Shown: in pieces, positions 54,671 through 64,000 of the stretch | Layout of the letters: each line of letters starts with the position of its first letter | Position numbering within the stretch: position 1 is the first letter of the stretch | From: Alphaproteobacteria bacterium | GTDB lineage: Bacteria > Pseudomonadota > Alphaproteobacteria > UBA8317 | Assembly: GCA_038131935.1 (NCBI GenBank) | Contig: JAYPQH010000032.1 | Location: 96,001-160,000, forward strand | DNA: 64,000 bases | Direction: 5' to 3' | Made by a program: the position numbers and the translations under genes | Notes under the pieces: model-generated | What the model saw: the letters and a program-made list of their open reading frames with translations, nothing else | What the model was told of the DNA's origin: nothing | Databases searched by the model: none

Positions 54671-55230
54671 TGACCTTAAACGCACAAGAATCAGCTCTTA
54701 TTTTTCGACAAATCATGTTTGCAATGTCCCATCCCGGCGAGTCATATCAATTGTCAGCGGAGATTGATGCACCTCAATGCGAATATACCAACCTTTTTGT
54801 TGTCTTGTTATGTCTTTGTGACAAAGACACGCCCTTATATCTTTCACCAACATTACAAACAGCATCCATTATCGATTGGGTAAACTTTTATCTTGGTTGC
54901 CCTATTGTCGAACCAGCGGAGGCAAGTTTTGCTGCTGGACCATTTCACGAACTAGTGCCTCTTGAACAATTTCCACAAGGAAACCCACGCTACCCAGATC
55001 AATCCGCAACCTTGTTGGTTTGTAACGAGCCTTGGGACGATATATGCGAGATTTCGGGTCCAGGCATTGATGGTAAGAGACAAAAAGCTCTGCCAAACCC
55101 CCAAATATTACAAGAAAATCACCTACGATACCCTCTTGGTTGTGACTTCATATTTGTATCCAACGATTCTGTTTTCTGCCTTCCCAGGTCAATCAATATT
55201 GAAAGTGAAGCTCAATGTATGTCTCAGTAA
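54670..55230 (+). CDS. phnH: C-P lyase subunit PhnH
   Basis: FRQIMFAMSHPG, YPDQSAT, GPGI, YPLGCD, LPRS. Confidence 0.93.
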   Translation: MTLNAQESALIFRQIMFAMSHPGESYQLSAEIDAPQCEYTNLFVVLLCLCDKDTPLYLSPTLQTASIIDWVNFYLGCPIVEPAEASFAAGPFHELVPLEQFPQGNPRYPDQSATLLVCNEPWDDICEISGPGIDGKRQKALPNPQILQENHLRYPLGCDFIFVSNDSVFCLPRSINIESEAQCMSQ

Positions 55231-56309
55231 AAGGTGGAGAAAAGGCCATAGAACGGGCCCATCAATGGCTAGCTGATGAACGCCGGGGCGATAGAGACGA
55301 CGTTCTAGCTCTATCCATTCAGCAAATTAAAGAGCAATTATCCTTATCTGTAGCACGTGTTATGGCGGAGGGATCTTTGTATGATCCAGATTTGTCAGCA
55401 TTGGCGATCAAGCAAGCACGTGGAGATCTTATCGAGGCCATTTTTCTGATACGTGCTTACCGAACAACGCTCCCTAGACTGGGTGTTAGCGAGCCAATTG
55501 AGACATCAAGTATGGTTGTGAAGCGAAGGGTTTCGGCAACATTTAAGGATATCCCAGGAGGTCAAATTCTTGGTCCAACATTCGACTATACCCACAGATT
55601 GATAGACTTTGCTCTCCTCGCTGAGGGTGAAGATCCTTTGCCAGCCCAACAAGAAAAACAGGTACAGTGCAATATCCCTCACATCCTGAATTTACTGGAT
55701 AAAGATGATCTCATAGAAAAAAATGATATCCCTGACCGAGCCCCTTCAGATATCACACGTACACCTCTGGAATTACCAGCGGATCGACCTCTCAGATTGC
55801 AAGTCCTTGCACGTGCAGATGAAGGTTTTCTTTTAGGACTGGGCTATTCCACACAGCGTGGATACGGTAGGACACACGCCTTTGTTGGGGAATTACGTAT
55901 TGGTTATGTAGAGGTAACCATGAACATTCCAGAGTTAGGTTTTGCCATTTGTATTGGTAAGATGGAAGTAACGGAATGTGAAACCGTGAATCAATTCACG
56001 GGTTCTAAGCATATCCCCCCTCAATTCACACGCGGTTACGGCTTAGTCATGGGACAGTCCGAGCGAAAGTCTATCGCCATGGCACTTGTTGATCGCGCCT
56101 TGAGATGGGAAGAGTTGGGAGAGCCTTTTGAGGGAGCCCCTGCACAGGATCAAGAGTTTGTTTTGGCTCATTGCGATAATATCCAAGCTACAGGGTTCGT
56201 AGAACATATCAAATTACCTCATTATGTTGATTTTCAAGCAGAACTTGAGCTTGTGCGCAGGATGAGAAGAGACGCACAATTTAGCATGGGACAAGAAACT
56301 GATGCATGA
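55215..56309 (+). CDS. phnI: C-P lyase subunit PhnI
   Basis: MYVSVKGGE, LGPTFDYTHRL, KLPHYVDFQ. Confidence 0.97.
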   Translation: MYVSVKGGEKAIERAHQWLADERRGDRDDVLALSIQQIKEQLSLSVARVMAEGSLYDPDLSALAIKQARGDLIEAIFLIRAYRTTLPRLGVSEPIETSSMVVKRRVSATFKDIPGGQILGPTFDYTHRLIDFALLAEGEDPLPAQQEKQVQCNIPHILNLLDKDDLIEKNDIPDRAPSDITRTPLELPADRPLRLQVLARADEGFLLGLGYSTQRGYGRTHAFVGELRIGYVEVTMNIPELGFAICIGKMEVTECETVNQFTGSKHIPPQFTRGYGLVMGQSERKSIAMALVDRALRWEELGEPFEGAPAQDQEFVLAHCDNIQATGFVEHIKLPHYVDFQAELELVRRMRRDAQFSMGQETDA

Positions 56310-57138
56310 GGAGTATAATTTCGCTTACTTAGATGAGCAAACAAAACGTATGATACGACGAGCTTTGCTTAAGGCACTTGCTATCCCCGGCTATCAAGTC
56401 CCATTTGCGTCACGTGAAATGCCCATGCCTTATGGATGGGGTACTGGTGGAATCCAGGTCACGGCAGCCTGCTTACAACCAAATGACATCTTAAAAGTCA
56501 TTGACCAAGGTGCAGACGACACCACGAATGCAGTATCTATTCGAAAATTTTTTGCACGCACAGCGGCTGTTAAAACCACCGAAAGCACTGCAGATGCCAC
56601 CATCATTCAGACAAGGCATCGAATTCCTGAACGTCCACTCCAAAAAGAACAGATATTGGTGTATCAAGTTCCCATTCCAGAACCTTTGCGTTTTCTGGAG
56701 CCTCGCGAAACCGAAACCAGACATATGCATGCGTTGCAAGAATATGGGCTTATGCATGTTAAACTATACGAAAACATTGCAGAACATGGTCAAATTTCGA
56801 CAACATATGCTTACCCGGTACGGGTAAATCAGCATTATATTATGGACCCATCGCCTATACCAAAATTTGATAATCCTAAAATGCATCAATCTCATGCTAT
56901 TCAATTGTTTGGTGCGGGTCGTGAACAGCGCATTTACGCCATTCCACCCTACACAGACGTGGTCAGCCTAGATTTTGAGGATTATCCCTTCGAGCAAATG
57001 AAAATTGATAAGTCGTGCAGCCTATGTGGGGCACGTGATACATTCTTGGATGAGGTTATCATGGATGACCAAGGCCAACGTATGTTCGTATGTTCAGATA
57101 CAGACTTCTGCCACCAACCTAAGTCAGAAAAATCATGA
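56302..57138 (+). CDS. phnJ: C-P lyase PhnJ
   Basis: YNFAYLDEQTKR, PGYQVPF, CX2CX21CX5C intact. Confidence 0.98.
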   Translation: MHEEYNFAYLDEQTKRMIRRALLKALAIPGYQVPFASREMPMPYGWGTGGIQVTAACLQPNDILKVIDQGADDTTNAVSIRKFFARTAAVKTTESTADATIIQTRHRIPERPLQKEQILVYQVPIPEPLRFLEPRETETRHMHALQEYGLMHVKLYENIAEHGQISTTYAYPVRVNQHYIMDPSPIPKFDNPKMHQSHAIQLFGAGREQRIYAIPPYTDVVSLDFEDYPFEQMKIDKSCSLCGARDTFLDEVIMDDQGQRMFVCSDTDFCHQPKSEKS

Positions 57139-57895
57139 CCAAACCATTTATTTTACAAGCTCAAAATATCACCAAATATTACGGAAACCAACTGGGTTGC
57201 AAAGATGTTAGCTTTGAACTTTATCCAGGTGAGGTACTTGGAATAGTTGGAGAATCTGGCTCAGGGAAATCCACGTTATTAAACTGTGTAGCCTGTCATA
57301 CCCCCATTGATGAGGGCGAATTATTGTATCAAAATGAACCTATGCATTCAGCGCCCGCCTCCAGGCAACGCTATCTTGCCAGGACGGAGTGGGCTTTTGT
57401 GCACCAAAATCCACGTGATGGATTAAGAATGAATGTGAGTGCCGGGGTAATATTGGTGAACGGCTTATGGCCACCGGCGCACGTCATTATGGGCAGATCA
57501 GGAAACAAGCTGAAGAGTGGATTGAACGTGTCGAAATAGACACAGCCCGACTTGATGACAAACCCAAAACTTTTTCTGGTGGCATGCAGCAGAGACTACA
57601 AATAGCACGCAATCTGGTAACAAAACCAAAATTAATTTTCATGGATGAGCCAACAGGAGGCTTGGATGTCTCTGTGCAGGCGCGGTTATTAGATACATTA
57701 CGGATGTTGGTAAAAGAGCTTGGTCTTGCAGCTATTGTTGTTACCCATGATCTTGCAGTTGTACGCCTTTTGGCAGATCGCATGATTGTCATGAAGTCAG
57801 GCCATGTTGTTGAGACAGGTTTATCAGACCAAGTGCTAGACGACCCGCAACATCCTTACACGCAACTTCTGGTTTCATCGGTTCTGCAGACATGA
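57135..57895 (+). CDS. phnK: C-P lyase ABC subunit PhnK (frameshift near 57446)
   Basis: GESGSGKST; next frame FSGGMQQRLQIARNL, DEPTGGLD. Confidence 0.96.
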
Positions 57896-58587
57896 ATATG
57901 ATCAAAGCAACAAATATCAGCAAATCTTTTACGCTCCACCAACAAAGTGGTGTCGTCCTCAATGTGTTTTCAAACTTATCACTGGAAGTAAATGCTGGTG
58001 AATGCGTTGGACTGGTGGGGCCAAGTGGGATGGGTAAATCTACTATCCTAAGAATGATTTACGGAAATTATCGGACAGATGAGGGATCAATACTCGTGAA
58101 CAATACGGAAATCGTAGGTTGCGACCCTCAAACTATTCTAGGTTTGCGAAGAACAACCATGGGATTTGTAAGTCAATTCCTCCGTGTCGTACCGAGGGTA
58201 CCTGCGATTGATGTTGTATCAGAGCCAATGCGTAGAGTTGGACATGATGCTGAGGAAGCTCATCAAAAAGCAAGTTATTTACTTGAATGCTTAAATATTC
58301 CAGAAAACCTATGGCAACTATCGCCTTCAACATTTTCTGGTGGTGAACAGCAACGAATTAATATTGCGCGCGGATTGTGTCATCCCTACCCTGTTTTGTT
58401 GTTAGATGAACCCACAGCAAGCCTAGATAAAAAAAATAAAAAAACCGTTCTGAGCCTTATCAATGGCGCTAAAGACGCAGGAGCAGCCATTCTTGGTATC
58501 TTTCATGACGATGAAGCCCGCAAAGCTGTATGTGACCGCATGATCGATATACGTGAATTGTGCCATATGGCGGGTGAAGTAACGTGA
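57892..58587 (+). CDS. phnL: C-P lyase ABC subunit PhnL
   Basis: KSFTLHQQ, VSQFLRVVPRV, FSGGEQQRINIAR. Confidence 0.96.
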   Translation: MNMIKATNISKSFTLHQQSGVVLNVFSNLSLEVNAGECVGLVGPSGMGKSTILRMIYGNYRTDEGSILVNNTEIVGCDPQTILGLRRTTMGFVSQFLRVVPRVPAIDVVSEPMRRVGHDAEEAHQKASYLLECLNIPENLWQLSPSTFSGGEQQRINIARGLCHPYPVLLLDEPTASLDKKNKKTVLSLINGAKDAGAAILGIFHDDEARKAVCDRMIDIRELCHMAGEVT

Positions 58588-59138
58588 ATATCATTTTTGT
58601 TGTGGGTTCCTCAGGCTCAGGAAAAAACACGCTCATGGACTTGGCAGCAGAAGAGTTTGACTGGCTCAGCATCGTGCCCAGAGAAGTCTCGATCATAAGA
58701 CCTGGGGAACCTCACGATCATGCCATTGATCAGCACTTATTTTTGAAAAAACAAAATGCTGGGGAATATTATCTTAGTTGGTATGCCCATAATATTCATT
58801 ATGGAATTGATAAGCAGAAACTTAACCTAATCCTTGGTCCGCATAGCCAACATTGGGGTTTGATCAACGGGGCTCGACGCGCCGTAAATCAATGGCTTGA
58901 AGCTTCACCAAAAGGTCATGTTATTGAAATCCAAGCCTCTTTGGAAACGCGACGTTTGAGACTAGCATCACGAGAAAGAGAAAATATGCATGCGATTAAT
59001 CAGCGCCTCAACAGCGCGCCACTCGATAGCTCAAAGATCCCCAAAGAAAACTATCATGTGGTCGATAACAACCAGGACATAAATCAATCGTTCAATATGT
59101 TTTCATCTATCATTAAAAAGATAACGGGAATCTCTTGA
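58584..59138 (+). CDS. phnN: Ribose 1,5-bisphosphokinase PhnN
   Basis: VVGSSGSGK, WYAHNIHYGI, RLASRERE. Confidence 0.88.
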   Translation: MNIIFVVGSSGSGKNTLMDLAAEEFDWLSIVPREVSIIRPGEPHDHAIDQHLFLKKQNAGEYYLSWYAHNIHYGIDKQKLNLILGPHSQHWGLINGARRAVNQWLEASPKGHVIEIQASLETRRLRLASRERENMHAINQRLNSAPLDSSKIPKENYHVVDNNQDINQSFNMFSSIIKKITGIS

Positions 59139-59785
59139 TAAGAACAAACCGACCATTCTGTTCGCCCCTCAAGGCAATGTGAGGAATCTGTATTGTGTAA
59201 GGAAAAGATGGAAATTTTCCCTCTAAATAAGAATAAATTTGATGTTCTTGCGGAAGTGTTAACCGACCAGTGAGGGTCATATGAAACTTAAATTCATCAA
59301 GAACATATGGGTAACCGTAATCACACAACAGCCGTTCTTGCCTGGGCGTCAAGCCTGCTTGACGCCGTCTTGCCAATTCATCCGCACTTGCTGCTGTCCG
59401 ATACTGGTCAAGTTCTGTTACCAACTTTTTTTCAAGAGCTACCAAATTACTGGATGCTTGCTGCAAGGTAAGCGCTATGAACCCCTCAAAGACTCAAGTC
59501 CTACAGTGATAGTGAAGCGGTTGATAGATTGGGCAATCTTACCAACATCAAGCTCCAATTGCTCTATGGTTTTATCTTTTTGCAGGACAAATGGCGCTTT
59601 CATCGTTGCATGAAACCATATTTTCTTGGCTGGGTTGTGGCAGATTGCCAAATATCATGAGAAAAATCACTCGGCGCTTCCATATGTTGCTGATATACAC
59701 TGTCCCACCCCAACCACTGACTAGCTAATAAATAAAGTGGGTCATGCGCATCAGGAACGATATATACAGCAAAACGAGAAAACAT
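59113..59785 (-). CDS. DUF1045 phosphonate metabolism protein (2H-phosphoesterase-like; frameshift near 59612)
   Basis: RFAVY, WLGWD, corrected YGFHATMKAPF, GYPYVLDEFKFHMTLTG. Confidence 0.9.
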
Positions 59786-59830
59786 ACTTAACGCCCTTTT
59801 TAAAAATCACAGTTATGACAAGGTATTTTT

Positions 59831-60977
59831 ATGTCTACAGATATTTCCTTTTCCAACGCCCGTATTATAACGCCCAATCATATTCTGGAAGGTCAATTAT
59901 GTTGCAAAGACAACCTCATTGCGAACATCACCTCAAATTCAGCAGAACATAAACAAAGCATTGATTGCCAAGGTGACTTCTTAGCACCTGGATTGATTGA
60001 ATTGCACACGGATAATCTCGAAGGCCATCTCCAACCTCGGCCAGGGGTGCACTGGCCAAGAAGGGCAGCTATTCTTGCCCATGATGCGGAATTGGTGGGC
60101 GTAGGTATAACAACCGTGCTCGACGCATTACGGGTTGGATCCATTGTTTCACGCAAAGATGGAGATTATATCCCCTATGCTCGGGAGGTCGCCACAGAAA
60201 TACAAAGTATGTCCAAACTTGGGGTGCTCAAAGCAAGACATCACCTCCATTTACGCGCTGAAATTTGCTCAGAAACCTTGATAGACGAGATTGGCTCATT
60301 CGATGAGAATGATGATGTTCGCATGATATCCATGATGGATCACACACCAGGACAGAGGCAATTTCGCAATTTAGATAAATTTAGAGAATATCTACAAGGC
60401 AAACATGGGATGTCACCAGCAGAGGTTGATGCCCATTTTCAAGGATTATATGATCTTCAAAGTAAAGGTTGGAGAGCCACATGCTCGTGCCATCGCCGAG
60501 CATGCAAAAACATATAATGTTCCTCTAGCAAGCCATGACGACGCCACAAAGGATGATGTTATCGCCAGCATAACCGCAGGGGCTACATTGGCGGAATTTC
60601 CAACAACAATTGAAGCTGCATCATTATGCCGAGAAGCCAATCAATCCATAATAATGGGAGCACCGAACCTTATACGAGGAGGATCACATTCAGGAAATGT
60701 TGCGGCCCATGACTTGGCTGACTTAGACATGTTGGATATTCTTAGCTCTGATTATGTCCCAGCCTCTTTGTTAATGAGCGCTTGGAAGCTTTCCCAGCAG
60801 TTAGGAGATATCCCTAAGGCTATGCGAACAGTGACTTTCAATCCAGCCAGTGCTCTAGGACTCAACGATCGTGGTGCCCTCGAAGAGGGACGAAAAGCTG
60901 ACTTGGTTCGTTTTCGTATTATCGACAACATACCACAAGTTGTCTCAGTTTACGTCAACGCCCAACGTGTTGCTTAA
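59831..60977 (+). CDS. phnM: Alpha-D-ribose 1-methylphosphonate 5-triphosphate diphosphatase (frameshift near 60465)
   Basis: ELHTDNLE, MDHTPGQRQF; next frame ASHDD, GGSHSGNV, LSSDYVP. Confidence 0.96.
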
Positions 60978-60986
60978 CCGTTTTAC

Positions 60987-62108
60987 TCAATCTTTGATGG
61001 AATGGCTCTCAGATGAGGCCATTTCGTCTAGGATTTCCCGATTGTGTGAACCAGGAGCAACAGGAGGCCCCTGCACGGCACCTGGTGTTCGGGAGAAAGA
61101 GGGGACAACGCCGGGTTGTGTAAAGCTATGACCATTAAAAAATGTTTGATTGTGACGATAATGGGGGTGGTTCTGCGCCTCTTGCATGGAGAGTACGGGA
61201 GCAAAACAAGCGTCTGTCGCTTCTAGCAAGTCACACCATTCTTGCCTTGTTCTTTGCTGAAACAGTTCGGCCAACTTAAGCTTTTGTTCAGGCCATTTTT
61301 GTTGATCAAATTGGTCATCAAACAATGGGTCATCAAGCTGTAGCAACGAACGTAAAACATTGTAAAATTTGGGCTCTATGGCAGCTATAGTTACAAATAG
61401 TCCATCTGATGTCTCATAAACATTATAAAAAGGTGCACCTCCATCCAAAAGGTTACTACCTCGAAGTTCAGTCCATTTTCCAGCAGCATGCCAACCAAAA
61501 AACATGCTCATTAATGATACAGCACCATCACACATCGCCATATCCACAACTTGCCCCTTTTGGGAATGCTGAGCTTCTAGAAGGGCTGCACATAACCCAA
61601 AGGCAAGATATAAAGCGCCTCCTCCGAAGTCACCAATGAGGTTTAGAGGAATACTAGGTTTTTCCTTAACACCAATAGAATGTAATGCCCCAGACAGTGC
61701 GATATAATTCAAATCATGTCCTGCAGACGCGGCCAAAGGGCCATTTTGCCCCCATCCTGTCATACGACCATAAATAAGTTTTGGGTTTACCTTCCAACAA
61801 TCTTCTGGTGCGAGACCTAAACGCTCCATTACCCCAGGCCGAAACCCTTCAATAAGACCATGTGCTGAAGCAACCAATGATAGCGCAACGGATTTATCTT
61901 TTTCATCCTTTAAATCGAGGGCAATAGACCTACGTCCTCGGGCCAAAACATCACCAGCATCTGCTTCGGTTCCTACGAGATCTTTTCTATCAACGCGGAT
62001 GATATCAGCCCCAAGATCTGCCAATAACATAGCACAAAATGGTCCCGGCCCAATGCCGGCAAATTCAATAAAACCGAAACCCTCGTAACGGCCCAGCTGC
62101 CATGTCAT
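60987..62108 (-). CDS. CaiB/BaiF family protein (alpha-methylacyl-CoA racemase-like)
   Basis: [33 protein letters not shown]. Confidence 0.93.
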   Translation of the reverse strand: MTWQLGRYEGFGFIEFAGIGPGPFCAMLLADLGADIIRVDRKDLVGTEADAGDVLARGRRSIALDLKDEKDKSVALSLVASAHGLIEGFRPGVMERLGLAPEDCWKVNPKLIYGRMTGWGQNGPLAASAGHDLNYIALSGALHSIGVKEKPSIPLNLIGDFGGGALYLAFGLCAALLEAQHSQKGQVVDMAMCDGAVSLMSMFFGWHAAGKWTELRGSNLLDGGAPFYNVYETSDGLFVTIAAIEPKFYNVLRSLLQLDDPLFDDQFDQQKWPEQKLKLAELFQQRTRQEWCDLLEATDACFAPVLSMQEAQNHPHYRHNQTFFNGHSFTQPGVVPSFSRTPGAVQGPPVAPGSHNREILDEMASSESHSIKD

Positions 62109-62824
62109 GCCCTTCTTGCGAGCTGGTGTGCGAGATCTAACAAATTCTCAGCAACAATGTCCCACTGTTCCGTTGCCGCGCAATCTTTTGTTTGTGCAGG
62201 CCCATATTCAGTTGGCCTTGGGAAAAAGCCAGTTTGTAACCCCGCTTGCTTTGCCGCAGTTAAATCATAGTTATGCGCTGCTACCATCATACAATCCTCT
62301 GGATGCAGTCCTAACCAGTCTGCAGCCGTTTGATAAACAATAGGATTGGGTTTGTAATTCTGGGCTGGTTCAGAGCCTAAAATAGCGTCCCAAGGAAAAG
62401 CGCAATAACGTGCAAGATTGACCATCAATGCAGTATTCCCGTTTGAAACGGGCGCTAGTAGAAAATCCTTTGCCAACAACAACATTGCTTCATCTACCTC
62501 AGGCCATGTCTTCAATCGGCGCCACTCCAAAGCCAACTGACTACGTGTTTCCTGAGATACATGTGCAAGATTATAGCGGTCTAAAACGGCATTTAAATTC
62601 TCAAGATGCAGGTCGTCCAGGCGCACAAAGCCGCGCTCCCCACGCCGAATGGGTTCCATCGAGGGTTGGTATTCAGCCCTCCATTGAGAGGCCATTTCCA
62701 GCCAATCTTCCTCAACACCTAACGGGGTCAAAGCTTGTTGCAAATGCCCTGCAATGGATGTTCTCCAATCTACCAATGTTCCGAAAACATCAAAAAATAA
62801 AGCTTTAGGTTTAAGTTTACTCAT
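62105..62824 (-). CDS. Haloacid dehalogenase type II
   Basis: [24 protein letters not shown]. Confidence 0.92.
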   Translation of the reverse strand: MSKLKPKALFFDVFGTLVDWRTSIAGHLQQALTPLGVEEDWLEMASQWRAEYQPSMEPIRRGERGFVRLDDLHLENLNAVLDRYNLAHVSQETRSQLALEWRRLKTWPEVDEAMLLLAKDFLLAPVSNGNTALMVNLARYCAFPWDAILGSEPAQNYKPNPIVYQTAADWLGLHPEDCMMVAAHNYDLTAAKQAGLQTGFFPRPTEYGPAQTKDCAATEQWDIVAENLLDLAHQLARRA

Positions 62825-63605
62825 CAGAACCTCTGTATCATTTGGGTGGAGGGTTCATCACATCCTGCATCACCGATAATTTTGCGGGCACACCCGCAAC
62901 AGTTACATTTGAAACTACATCTTTCGTGACAACAGAACCAGCAGCAATACGCACACAATTTCCTATTTCAACATTACCCAAAATCTTAGCACCTGCTCCA
63001 ATCATCACACCATTACCTATCTTGGGATGCCTATCTCCTCGAATTTTCCCGGTGCCTCCAAGCGTGACGCCATGCAAAATCGAACAATCATTACCAACAC
63101 GCGCGGTCTCACCAATAACAATGTTATGAGCATGGTCAATCATGAGACCTTTGCCAAGAACACAAGCAGGATGGATATCAACATTAAAGACTTCTGCAAC
63201 ACGCGATTGCACATATCGAGCTTCGATGGTTCGTTCATTGCTCCACCAAGCATGGGCAACCCGATAGGCAGCGATCGCATGAAAACCTTTATAAAAGGCG
63301 ACTGCCTCAAGTGGAAAACGACAAGCTGGATCTCGGTAACTGACTGCGTCAAGATCAGCCCAAATAACATCCTCCAATAAAGCCATTTGCTCACCAAATT
63401 CATAAGCCATGATGCGGCACTCATCTTTAGAGACGCAAATTCTATGACTAATGATACGTGCCAGACTTTCGCTCAAACTTTTGGAGGAGGCGAAAATCCG
63501 CTCAATATATTTTGTAAAAGGTCGATCGAATTCAGGTAATCTTGCGCAAATATGTTGCCAGCGGATGGCATTTTCTCGGTGAATATTTTCTATTTTTTCT
63601 GTCAC
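62824..63605 (-). CDS. cysE: Serine O-acetyltransferase (frameshift near 62880)
   Basis: RDPAC, FYKGFHA, VDIHPA, GDRHPKIG; corrected stop overlaps next ATG. Confidence 0.95.
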
Positions 63606-63779
63606 TTTGGCAGCCCTTGTTATTGAACCATCCGAATTTAGAGTGGTTGAACCCTACGTGAAAGATAAAAATCTGCATATAGAAAATTTTTTTTGTTGAT
63701 CCTAGTCGCTAATGAATGTACTGACACTGTTTTTCGCATGGTGCGGAAGAACGAACATCTGCTGGTTGGAGTAGGCGAA

Positions 63780-64000
63780 ATGAATTATGCCGATAGCCTC
63801 TTCCAATTGGGGATGGACTCGAAGGCAGCAATAGAGCCGCAGGAGAGCACCACCCAAAAGGTTGAGCCGAATAAGGATCACTTTATTGAACGCGACGGAC
63901 ATGTCTATGCAGGTACACATATTATTGTAGACTTGTATGATGCTTCTCATTTGGATGATATCGAGCATATCGAACAAATACTTCGTCAATGCATTGAAAC
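63780..64000 (+). CDS. speD: S-adenosylmethionine decarboxylase proenzyme (5' part; runs off window)
   Basis: Not in ORF track; MNYADSLFQLGMD...KDHFIERDGHVYAGTHIIVDLYDASHLDDIEHIEQILRQCI; GGAG RBS. Confidence 0.88.
   Translation, partial: MNYADSLFQLGMDSKAAIEPQESTTQKVEPNKDHFIERDGHVYAGTHIIVDLYDASHLDDIEHIEQILRQCIE

Noticed and set aside
59806-59821. Pho-like half sites TTGTCAT-AA-CTGTGAT before DUF1045
   Set aside because: Period is 9 nt rather than 11; too weak to call.
63702-63989. 95-aa minus-strand ORF
   Set aside because: Antisense shadow of speD on the plus strand.
1-64000. CRISPR arrays, IS elements, integrases, prophage, defence genes, rRNA, long tandem repeats
   Set aside because: None seen; almost all sequence is explained by recognisable genes, and the remaining short tracked ORFs are overlapping shadows.

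Overview
A 64-kb, gene-dense chromosomal segment from an alphaproteobacterium, probably a streamlined marine one (inferred from conserved gene orders such as rpmF-plsX-fabH-ihfA-merR-tRNA-Pro, glyA-nrdR-rib-nusB and lepB-rnc-era-recO-parC, and from short spacers). Bases 1-10.8 kb, downstream of tRNA-Pro(GGG), are an accessory-looking catabolic block: three alpha/beta hydrolases, an acyl-CoA synthetase with a DUF296 partner, a beta-hydroxyacid dehydrogenase, a DHDPS-like aldolase, an enolase-superfamily enzyme, ndh and a GST. It also holds two small hydrophobic ORFs missed by the ORF track. Bases 11-46.8 kb are mostly housekeeping and include an in-frame CoA-binding (YccU)-MetY fusion. Bases 46.8-61 kb are a complete C-P lyase phosphonate cluster (phnCDEE, phnF, phnGHIJKLN, DUF1045, phnM) with a Pho box. 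Its transport operon is extended by an unknown membrane-anchored exported protein, a hexapeptide acetyltransferase and an MFS transporter, and DUF1045 is inverted. The window ends with cysE-HAD-CaiB and the start of speD. About 15 single-base frameshifts, mostly in homopolymers and including core genes, look like long-read sequencing errors. I saw no CRISPR, rRNA, IS, integrase or prophage. All product calls come from motif recognition by eye, not database searches.
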